DNA of 64,000 nucleotides from an uncultured Candidatus Saccharibacteria bacterium (GTDB lineage Bacteria; Patescibacteriota; Doudnabacteria; UBA920): NCBI GenBank assembly GCA_964536745.1, contig CAZHYL010000003.1, positions 1,001 to 65,000 of the forward strand, read 5' to 3'. Shown piece by piece: positions 56,746 to 64,000 of this stretch (position 1 is its first letter; each line of letters starts with the position of its first letter). The notes under the pieces were generated by a model. It saw only the letters and a program-made list of their open reading frames with translations, ran no database searches and was not told where the DNA came from. The position numbers and the translations under genes were made by a program.

Positions 56746-56829
56746 ATAAGCTTATTGTATCATCACTCAGACTTGAAAAAAACCTGGCAATGTAGTAAAA
56801 TATCAAAGTTAACTTCAATTATGCAGTAT

Positions 56830-56905
56830 GGGTCGGTAGCTCAGCTGGTAGAGCAGTGGCCTTTTAAGCCATTTGTCGCGGGTTCGAGCCCCGCCCGACC
56901 CACCA
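56830..56905 (+). tRNA. tRNA-Lys (anticodon UUU).
   Basis: GGGTCGGTAGCTCAGCTGGTAGAGCAGTGGCCTTTTAAGCCATTTGTCGCGGGTTCGAGCCCCGCCCGACCCACCA. Cloverleaf with anticodon loop CTTTTAA and encoded CCA. Confidence 0.9.
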
Positions 56906-56908
56906 AAA

Positions 56909-56932
56909 GAAACCGTAGATGCGGTTTTTTTG
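56909..56932 (+). terminator. Rho-independent terminator after tRNA-Lys (AAACCG-TAGATG-CGGTTT-TTTTT).
   Basis: Hairpin plus T-run. Confidence 0.6.
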
Positions 56933-56968
56933 TTATAATATTTAAAATAAGACAATTGAAACACAACC

Positions 56969-58189
56969 TTGAAAAAGATAATCATATTAGGAGCCGGTTT
57001 CGGTGGGCTTGCAGCAGCCAAAACTCTCTTGAAACAAAAAGAAAACTTACAGATTACTCTCATCGATAAAAACCCTGCTCATATTGTGCACGGTAATTTG
57101 TATGAGGTCGCAACAAGTCCAGAAGACTTAACTTCTATGGTGGAATTAAAAAGAAGCGTGGCAATTCCTCTTAATGAAATTTTTCCCCCTAATGACCTTA
57201 AGTTGGTAACAGAGACTATTACAGAAGTTGATCTTAATAGGAACATTGTTAAGTGTGGGGAAAAATCGTTTGAGTATGATTATTTAATTTCAGCTTTGGG
57301 TTCCGGACCTAATTTTTTTGCGATTCCTGGTGCAAAAGATTTTGGATTAACGATGATGAGTGCAATAGATGCTTTAAAAATTAGGAGTCAGGTGGAATTA
57401 GCTATTCAAATGCATAAACTCGATCCTAAAAAACCCGTAATAAATGTTATGGTTGTTGGTGGTGGAGTAGGCGGTGTAGAAGTGGCGGCAGAGCTTCAAA
57501 AAATGATAGATTTTTTGGCTTGGGAAAATGATTATACAAGATCTAAAATTTCTACGACTATTATAGAACGTTCTCCGAGTGTGTTAAAAGGTTTTCCAGA
57601 CAAAGTGGTGCAATTAGCAACGGCCCGCCTTCATGCTTTGGGAGTAAAGTTACAGCTTAATACCACAATTCAAAAAGTTAATAGCCATAATGTAATTTCC
57701 GATCAAGGGCAATATAATTATGATGTGTTGGTTTGGACAGGTGGGGTTTCTGCGAATTCACTACCAGGCAATATCCAGACACCTTTGGCTATTGGTAAAA
57801 GAATTGAAGTTAATGATTTCTTTCAAATTTCTAATCACCCAAATGTATATGTGATAGGCGACCAGTGTTGCCATTTTGGTCCAACTAGTGAGCCTTTACC
57901 AGGAACGGCGAGTCAGGCAATTGATCATGCAGAATATGTGGCTCGCAGAATATTGTTACTTAGTAAAAATAAAAAATCATACAAACATGAATGCCGCCTG
58001 TATCCATTTGTGATCCCTATGGGAGGGAAATGGGCAATTTTCTCTAGTCAGAACTTTTTATTCTCTGGTCGTTTTGGATATTTTATTCGTCAGTTAGTTT
58101 GGTTGAGATATTTTGTCTCGATTCTCGGTTACTTAAGAGGTTTTCACTGGTGGTTAAGAAGTAATGAGCTCTACTCCAGAAATGATTAA
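56969..58189 (+). CDS. ndh: Type II NADH dehydrogenase / FAD-dependent pyridine-nucleotide-disulfide oxidoreductase (TTG start).
   Basis: 'KKIIILGAGFGGLAAAK' FAD motif and a second Rossmann motif 'VMVVGGGVGGVEVAAEL'. 406 aa. Confidence 0.65.
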   Translation: MKKIIILGAGFGGLAAAKTLLKQKENLQITLIDKNPAHIVHGNLYEVATSPEDLTSMVELKRSVAIPLNEIFPPNDLKLVTETITEVDLNRNIVKCGEKSFEYDYLISALGSGPNFFAIPGAKDFGLTMMSAIDALKIRSQVELAIQMHKLDPKKPVINVMVVGGGVGGVEVAAELQKMIDFLAWENDYTRSKISTTIIERSPSVLKGFPDKVVQLATARLHALGVKLQLNTTIQKVNSHNVISDQGQYNYDVLVWTGGVSANSLPGNIQTPLAIGKRIEVNDFFQISNHPNVYVIGDQCCHFGPTSEPLPGTASQAIDHAEYVARRILLLSKNKKSYKHECRLYPFVIPMGGKWAIFSSQNFLFSGRFGYFIRQLVWLRYFVSILGYLRGFHWWLRSNELYSRND

Positions 58190-58847
58190 TATAGTTGGAT
58201 TTACAAAAAGATATTTTTTAATCCTGTTAATTGGAATTGTTTGTATCGCAACAATTATTGCTTATGCTAAGTTGTCTGGTACACAATGGTTTCAAAATTT
58301 ATTACTTTGGTCTGGTAATAATCTGTTGTGGTTTATTTTAATTTTATTTTTGATAAAAATGATTGGTGTGGTTTGGCCACCATTACCTGGAATTATTTTT
58401 ACTATGGCATCAATCCCTGTGCTTGGATGGCCACTTGCTTACGCTGTAGATTTCACAGCAGGGATGAGTGGGGCAGCTCTCTCGTTTTGGTTGTCTAGGA
58501 AGTACGGTCAAGGTGTAGTTTTAAAACTCTTTGGGCAGGCAGGATTGGATCAAGTAAAAAGGTTTCAATTTAAACCAGACAATGAATTAGAAGCAGTGTT
58601 AGTGATTAGACTCTTTACTGGTTCTTTAAGCGAACTAGTTAATTATGGTGCTGGTTTAACCAAGATGAGATTTTTTAACTTTCTTACTGGTACAGTAATT
58701 TCTTATCTTGTTGTGGGAATAAGTATATTTTATTTAGCGAGCTTGTTATTTAGTACAAATAATTTATTGTTCGGCGTAATTCCGCTTGGCATAGGTTTAA
58801 CCATTTTATACTTACTTAGGGATAGGTATTTTACTTGGACAGATTAA
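58164..58847 (+). CDS. DedA/TVP38/TMEM64-family membrane protein.
   Basis: '…VWPPLPGIIFTMASIPVLGWPLAYAVDFTAGMSGAALSFWLSRKYG' resembles the SNARE-associated/DedA signature. Confidence 0.5.
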   Translation: MSSTPEMINIVGFTKRYFLILLIGIVCIATIIAYAKLSGTQWFQNLLLWSGNNLLWFILILFLIKMIGVVWPPLPGIIFTMASIPVLGWPLAYAVDFTAGMSGAALSFWLSRKYGQGVVLKLFGQAGLDQVKRFQFKPDNELEAVLVIRLFTGSLSELVNYGAGLTKMRFFNFLTGTVISYLVVGISIFYLASLLFSTNNLLFGVIPLGIGLTILYLLRDRYFTWTD

Positions 58848-58857
58848 AACCGCTGAA

Positions 58858-61128
58858 TTATTCAGCGGTTTCTTCTTTGAGTTTGGTTGCTTTTTTTGCG
58901 ACCTTTTTCTTAGCCGTTTTTCTTGCGGATTTCTTGGCTTTATCTTTTGCAGGTTTGGTCTTTGATTCTAAATATAATTCTTGAAGTTGTGATTCTGATT
59001 CAGGCTTAACGTTTAAGATTAGTGTGCAGTCTGGCCAGCGAGTGCAAGCATAAAATGGTTTACCTCTCCCGCGACTTTTCTTCTCTACGACATCACCAGG
59101 TTTATCTTTGCGATCTTCAGACTCAAGACACATTGGGCACTTGAATCCTGTCTTATTCCAAATTTTGGAGATACCTTTACACTTAGGATAATCTACACAT
59201 CCTAAGAAGAATCCAAAACGTCCTCGTTTAACCTCCATAGCTTTACCACAAATTGGGCAACGTTCATCTTTCGTCTTTTCTTCTAGTGCTTTAATCTGTG
59301 CAGCTTCTTCAGGCATAGGCAGGGTGACTTTACTGCCTTCTTCGGGGCAAGCTAAGAATTTACCCATTCTACCATATTTTATAAGCATTGGCTTACTGCA
59401 ATGTGGGCATGGGGTAGTGGAAACCTCAATTTGTTTTTCAACTGTGGCTTCTTTTTCTGCAAGATGTTGTTTGAATGGTCCATAAAATTCTTCTATCACG
59501 GGAACCCATTTGCGTTTCCCTTCGGCAATGTCATCAAACTGCTCTTCTATTTGAGAAGTGAAGTTAATATCTACTATTTCTGGGAAGTTGGCCACCAGCA
59601 TATCTGTTACTAAGTATCCTTCTTCAGTAGGAGCATATTTTTTATCTTCTTTAGTAACGTACCCACGTTCCTGAATCGTGGTGAGTGTAGGTGCGTAAGT
59701 GGATGGTCTGCCAACGCCAGCAGCTTCTAAGGTTTTTACTAGAGTTGCATCAGTATAACGAGCTGGAGGTTCTGTGAAATGTTGAAGGGGTGATAACTGA
59801 TGAAGTTTTAAAATTTCATTAACATCGAGTTCTGGCAAGGTGCCTTCAATTTCATCCTCTGGTTTTTCATCTGTTCCCTCGGTGTAGGCTCTAATGAAGC
59901 CATCAAATTTTATAACTTGGCCATTCGCGCGGAAGGTATATTTGCCAGATTCAATGTCCACAGCTGTTTGATCAAAAATTGCTTGCTTCATTTGGCAAGC
60001 TAAAGTTCGTTTCCAAATTAAATCATAAAGTCGTTGGCCATTACGATCTCCTTTAAGAGCCAGTGGCAGTAAGGATAGGTCTGTTGGTCTTATAGCTTCG
60101 TGAGCTTCTTGTGCTCCCTTGCTTTTGTTTGCATAAAAACGTGGTTCACTTAATCCGTACTGCTTTCCAAATTCCTGCTCGATTACTTGCTGCGCTTGTT
60201 GTAATGCAGATTGGGCTAAGTTTAAACTATCGGTACGCATATAGGTAATAAAACCTTTTTCGTATAAACCTTGTGCCACTGCCATGGTTTGTTTTGCACT
60301 AAAACCAAGTTTGCGAGCAGCTTCTTGTTGTAGGGTAGAGGTGGTGAAAGGAGGGGAAGGATTTCGTTTTACTTCTTTCTTGGTAATTTCACTTACCTTA
60401 TAACTTGCTCCAGTCAGATCAGCGGTAATTTTATTTGCTTCGGTAGAGTTGGTGATACCCATTTTACCAATTCCTTTACCATCTACTTTTGCAAGTTTTG
60501 CAATAAAAGTCGGAGCACCACTTTGCTTAGAAAGCTCTGCTTCAATGCTCCAGTATTCCTCTGCGATGAAAGCTTGAATCTCACGCTCGCGCTCTACTAC
60601 TAAACGAACTGCAACACTTTGGACTCTTCCTGCAGAAAGTCCATAACGAATTTTGCGCCATAAGAAAGGGGATAGCTCGTAGCCCACTAATCTATCTAAT
60701 ACACGGCGAGCCTGCTGGGCATCTACCAGATTTAAATCAATGGCTCTAGGGTTTTCTAACGCATGTTCTATAGCCGATTTAGTAATTTCGTGAAAAACGA
60801 TTCGTTTCAATTTCGGGTCATTATATTTCATACCCAAAGCTTCTACTAAATGCCAAGAAATAGCTTCACCTTCGCGATCTTCATCAGTAGCTAATATAAT
60901 AGAGGAGGCAGACTTAGCCATTTTTTTGAGCTTAGAAACAACCTCTTTTGCCTTAGGTGCAATCTGGTAAACCGGCTCAAAATTATTTTTTACATCAATG
61001 GAGATTTTACTTTTTGGTAGGTCTCGGACATGTCCAAAACTGGCTTCAACTTCAAAGCCAGTTCCCAAAAATTTTGAAATAGTTTTTGCTTTAGTAGGTG
61101 ACTCTACTATAATAAGTTGCTTGGACAT
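58858..61128 (-). CDS. topA: DNA topoisomerase I with C-terminal zinc ribbons and a Lys-rich tail.
   Basis: TOPRIM N-terminus 'LIIVESPTKAKTI', active-site region 'GFITYMRTDS', and multiple C4 zinc ribbons. 756 aa. Confidence 0.9.
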   Translation of the reverse strand: MSKQLIIVESPTKAKTISKFLGTGFEVEASFGHVRDLPKSKISIDVKNNFEPVYQIAPKAKEVVSKLKKMAKSASSIILATDEDREGEAISWHLVEALGMKYNDPKLKRIVFHEITKSAIEHALENPRAIDLNLVDAQQARRVLDRLVGYELSPFLWRKIRYGLSAGRVQSVAVRLVVEREREIQAFIAEEYWSIEAELSKQSGAPTFIAKLAKVDGKGIGKMGITNSTEANKITADLTGASYKVSEITKKEVKRNPSPPFTTSTLQQEAARKLGFSAKQTMAVAQGLYEKGFITYMRTDSLNLAQSALQQAQQVIEQEFGKQYGLSEPRFYANKSKGAQEAHEAIRPTDLSLLPLALKGDRNGQRLYDLIWKRTLACQMKQAIFDQTAVDIESGKYTFRANGQVIKFDGFIRAYTEGTDEKPEDEIEGTLPELDVNEILKLHQLSPLQHFTEPPARYTDATLVKTLEAAGVGRPSTYAPTLTTIQERGYVTKEDKKYAPTEEGYLVTDMLVANFPEIVDINFTSQIEEQFDDIAEGKRKWVPVIEEFYGPFKQHLAEKEATVEKQIEVSTTPCPHCSKPMLIKYGRMGKFLACPEEGSKVTLPMPEEAAQIKALEEKTKDERCPICGKAMEVKRGRFGFFLGCVDYPKCKGISKIWNKTGFKCPMCLESEDRKDKPGDVVEKKSRGRGKPFYACTRWPDCTLILNVKPESESQLQELYLESKTKPAKDKAKKSARKTAKKKVAKKATKLKEETAE

Positions 61129-61185
61129 GTAAATTTGTTAAGTACAAAAGGGATTCTATACGAGAGTTAATGATGTTGTCAAATA

Positions 61186-61512
61186 ATGTGGTTGTTGATA
61201 AGCTATTTGAAAAGTAGATTGGAGGTCTTAATGAGGTTGAAATCTATGTGGCGGCGGGCTTTTCCAGCTTTTGGTGTCTTTGCGGCTTTTGCCGGATTAG
61301 CGTATCCTCTCCTGGCATTGATGTTTTTATCACAAGGCGATTGGGAAGGTGTGAAGCTCTTTTTTCTGTACGGTTTTGTTTTCTTTATTGCAGTGTTTGT
61401 TGCTCCTGCTGGTCTATACGAACTATTACGTATGTTAGAAGCAAAACTCTGGAAAGAAGGTAAGTGGTTGTCTAAAGAAGAGAGGCGAGAATGCAAGTCC
61501 ATTGGTTTGTAA
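61186..61512 (+). CDS. Small membrane protein (2-3 TM), hypothetical.
   Basis: Hydrophobic ORF. Confidence 0.35.
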   Translation: MWLLISYLKSRLEVLMRLKSMWRRAFPAFGVFAAFAGLAYPLLALMFLSQGDWEGVKLFFLYGFVFFIAVFVAPAGLYELLRMLEAKLWKEGKWLSKEERRECKSIGL

Positions 61513-61527
61513 GCTGAGCGGTGTTTC

Positions 61528-62730
61528 TTACGGCGTGATCACAGTTGTGGTTGCGCCTATTTTATTTAATATTTTTTGTTTTTCTATGTCTGTTGCAATT
61601 CTTGGTTGACCATAATTTTCAACAATAATCGGAACAAGTTCTATTTGTTTTAGATTTGCCCCCAGCATGACACTTCCTTGGATATTATTACCGCAAGCTG
61701 CTCTGCCTCCCTCCATTGCGATTCGTGGGTCTGTAGGGCAGTTACCATCCTTCATCAAAGTAATTTTAAGTGCAAGTCCTTCTTTAGTCTCTTGGCTCCA
61801 TTCTTGATCGAATACAAAGTTTCCAAGTCCGTAGAAAATATATTTGCCATTATAATTTTCAAAGTTTTGCACCCAATGAGAGTGGGCACCTATTACCATA
61901 TCTGCCCCTGCATCTATGGCGCTATGCGCAAAAGCAATTTGTGAATCATTTGGTTTGGTAGTGTACTCTGTACCAGCATGCATTGTGACTACAATAAAAT
62001 CTGCTCTGGATCGTAATTCTTCGATGGATTTTTTTAATCTTGTTATATCTTCAATTCTCGCAACATTGGAGTTGCTTTCTTTACCCCCATCATTTACCGA
62101 GGCGTAAGATGCACCGATAAAACCAACATTTATGTTATTTGAAATTATGCTTTGACCTTGCCATGCTTCTTCAAGATTTTCCCCAACACCAATATTGGCA
62201 ATACCCTTGTCGTTTAGCATTTTTTTTGTATAGAGCAAACCATCTAAGCCTTGATCAAAAGCATGGTTATTGGCCAGATTTAGAATTTTGAATTTATTAT
62301 TTATTAGACTGGGTAAGGTCCAAGTTGGTGCATTAAAGATGAGCGATCCCGAAGGATTAAAATCATCCCTACCGCTATATGGTGATTCTAAGTTCCCAAA
62401 ATTAAAATCATTGGTTGCCAGCCACTCCTTTGTGTTCAGAAATGGCCAATTACCATCTTGATTGTTTTTTTGAATTTGCCCTGCCACATTACGAGAAAGC
62501 ATGATATCACCGACTGCTCCAAACATTGTTTCAAATTTATTTGAGAGTTCTGGATTTTGGCTATTCTGTAGGTATTCTTCAAAGGTATCACCGCCTACAC
62601 CTCGGTAGATATCTGTTTTTGTGGGTTCTGGCAGGATAGTAAGGGATGTAATGAATACTAAAAAAAATAGGCCCACTGTAAGTGTTGGGTAGTTTCTAAG
62701 TATCAGATTTTTGATATTGCTGATGTCCAA
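61528..62730 (-). CDS. CapA/PgsA-family metallophosphoesterase (poly-γ-glutamate synthesis-type), membrane-anchored.
   Basis: 'FGAVGDIML', 'LNLANNHAFDQG', 'ANIGVGENLEEAW' and 'VTMHAGTEY' are CapA/PGA_cap motifs. Confidence 0.65.
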   Translation of the reverse strand: MDISNIKNLILRNYPTLTVGLFFLVFITSLTILPEPTKTDIYRGVGGDTFEEYLQNSQNPELSNKFETMFGAVGDIMLSRNVAGQIQKNNQDGNWPFLNTKEWLATNDFNFGNLESPYSGRDDFNPSGSLIFNAPTWTLPSLINNKFKILNLANNHAFDQGLDGLLYTKKMLNDKGIANIGVGENLEEAWQGQSIISNNINVGFIGASYASVNDGGKESNSNVARIEDITRLKKSIEELRSRADFIVVTMHAGTEYTTKPNDSQIAFAHSAIDAGADMVIGAHSHWVQNFENYNGKYIFYGLGNFVFDQEWSQETKEGLALKITLMKDGNCPTDPRIAMEGGRAACGNNIQGSVMLGANLKQIELVPIIVENYGQPRIATDIEKQKILNKIGATTTVITP

Positions 62731-63781
62731 TTTGAGTTAAGGCTCCTTTAATTTCTAGATGTGTTAACAGTGATTGTAATTGGTGACTTGCCAATCCAGT
62801 ACGTGATAATAGTAAGTCAAAACTAATCGATTCTGTTTGCATACATTTTAACACAGTCTGTTCATCACTAGAAAACAGCCGCAGGCCGCTACCGGGGGAA
62901 CTAACTGGAGGCAATTTTAGATATTCCAAAATGTCGTTGGGTTTACTTAGAATTTCCGCACCCTGTTTAATTAAAGAATTTGGTCCTGCACTCTGTTTTA
63001 AAAATATATCACCTGGAACAGCAAAAACATCACGATTATAATCCAATGCATAATCTGTGGTTATTAGGGCGCCACTTTTTTCTGCGCACTCAACGACTAG
63101 CACAGCATTAGATAACCCAGCTATGATTCTATTTCGAGCAACAAATCGGTACGGTAGTGCGGGGGTAAGTGGTGGGTATTCCGATACAAGCGTTCCTCCT
63201 GATTGAAGAATTCTTTGAGCAAGTTGGTAGTTTTCTTTTGGGTATAGACTGTTATCATCTAATCCAGTGGCAAGAACTGCCGTAGTATGCAAATTATTAT
63301 CGATTGCCCTTGAGTGGCACTCTGCATCTATTCCATATGCTAACCCAGAAACAATCGATAGCCTTTGATTGTTAAGAACTTGTAGAATTTGTTTACAGAC
63401 CCTAATTCCATATTGTGTTTTTCTTCTCGAACCAATCATTGCTAGATTCACTTTTTGTTTTGGTAGTGACCCTCTTACATATAAGATTAAGGGTCGATCT
63501 GGGATTTGTCTTAGCAGGCTTGGATACCCACTATCTAAAAAGTTGAAAGTTTTGATGTTATGTTTTGAAAGGCTGTTTTCATATTCTGCTTTCGTGTGGC
63601 TGTTTAATATTGAAAGAAATTTGTTTCGATGTTTTGGAGTTAAATGAGTTGTGTTCAAAAAGTTTTCTGTGCTTAAATCCGGATTGGATAGCTGCTCCAA
63701 TTTATTTTCATCAAAAAGTTTTAAAACAGGCTGTGAGATAGTCTCATTTAATATATAGAGTAAAAAAGTAAGCTGATTCAT
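62696..63781 (-). CDS. dprA: DNA-processing protein DprA (Smf).
   Basis: 'MIGSRRKTQYGIRV…VSGLAYGIDAECHSRAID…TAVLATGLD…NRIIAGLSNAVLVVECAEKSGALITTDYALDYNRDVFAVPG' is the Rossmann-like DprA core. Confidence 0.8.
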   Translation of the reverse strand: MNQLTFLLYILNETISQPVLKLFDENKLEQLSNPDLSTENFLNTTHLTPKHRNKFLSILNSHTKAEYENSLSKHNIKTFNFLDSGYPSLLRQIPDRPLILYVRGSLPKQKVNLAMIGSRRKTQYGIRVCKQILQVLNNQRLSIVSGLAYGIDAECHSRAIDNNLHTTAVLATGLDDNSLYPKENYQLAQRILQSGGTLVSEYPPLTPALPYRFVARNRIIAGLSNAVLVVECAEKSGALITTDYALDYNRDVFAVPGDIFLKQSAGPNSLIKQGAEILSKPNDILEYLKLPPVSSPGSGLRLFSSDEQTVLKCMQTESISFDLLLSRTGLASHQLQSLLTHLEIKGALTQIGHQQYQKSDT

Positions 63782-63838
63782 AGCTAAATTATGACAATTG
63801 GCCTATAAAACCCTATTAAAGACTGTCTAAAGTTAGTA

Positions 63839-63868
63839 TTGACAAAAAGTCAATTTTCGTGTATAATT
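63839..63868 (+). promoter_or_regulatory. Consensus sigma70 promoter (TTGACA, 18-nt spacer, TATAAT) near the window end. No ORF follows within the window, so the downstream transcript may be an ncRNA.
   Basis: Both hexamers are perfect consensus. The following 130 nt are closed in all three forward frames. Confidence 0.5.
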
Positions 63869-64000
63869 TGTTTTGTAGTAAGTGAAATTTGTCTTTACTA
63901 TCCTACTTGCAAGTCGCGAAAGTGAACATCATCCCTCCTATATGTTCGCTAGTAGCGGTCAAGTAGAGAAGCTATAGTTTTTACTGTACTTCTCTCACTT

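Noticed and set aside
56755-57069. ORFs 56755-57069 (+) and 56815-57063 (-)
   Set aside because: Both are the translation of tRNA-Lys and its terminator and leader. Not coding.
1-64000. CRISPR arrays, cas genes, rRNA genes
   Set aside because: No regularly spaced direct repeats of 25-40 nt with unique spacers and no rRNA-like conserved blocks were seen anywhere in the window.

Overview
The window is about 40% GC, gene-dense, and uses the standard code (TGA is a stop). It looks like a small-genome, low-GC bacterium, possibly CPR/Patescibacteria-like; that is inference only.

Housekeeping genes recognised from motifs:
- rpsF-ssb-rpsR, efp, ychF and trpS.
- rnj, pgm/pmm, secG, divergent uvrC/uvrA, topA, dprA and capA.
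- An RND pump and ndh.
- A complete CIRCE-hrcA-grpE-dnaK-dnaJ heat-shock operon.
- Three tRNAs: Glu-UUC, Leu-CAG and Lys-UUU.

Accessory and unusual content:
1. Three secreted proteins (about 550, 1364+610 and 227 aa) built from FN3 modules, ConA/LamG-like domains and an SGNH/SASA-like esterase. They share an unassigned ~38-aa C-terminal repeat. The largest is split by a one-base frameshift in a GGGG run.
2. An ~8-kb integrative element at about 19.1-27.2 kb. It has a large serine recombinase overlapping the 5' end of ychF, an Xis-like HTH, a Rep-like protein and unknown genes. Its cargo is a convergent Erm-like rRNA methyltransferase and an APH-family kinase, plus GC-richer small ORFs.
3. Two copies of a ~70-nt GC-rich palindromic element inserted in-frame into uvrC, reminiscent of Rickettsia palindromic elements.
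4. A secreted repeat-protein gene inserted between the uvrA stop codon and its terminator, flanked by a 30-bp direct repeat of the uvrA 3' end.
5. A CsoR/RcnR-family regulator with a Cys-Tyr-Cys set (the copper-sensing His is replaced by Tyr). A C6-AT-G7 palindrome overlaps its own promoter/RBS, and it heads a trxB-gdhA operon.
6. A ~630-bp GC-rich insert between dnaK and dnaJ carrying antisense small ORFs with strong RBSs.
7. A split DsbD-like disulfide-reductase module.

All product assignments rest on motif recognition by eye; no database searches were run.
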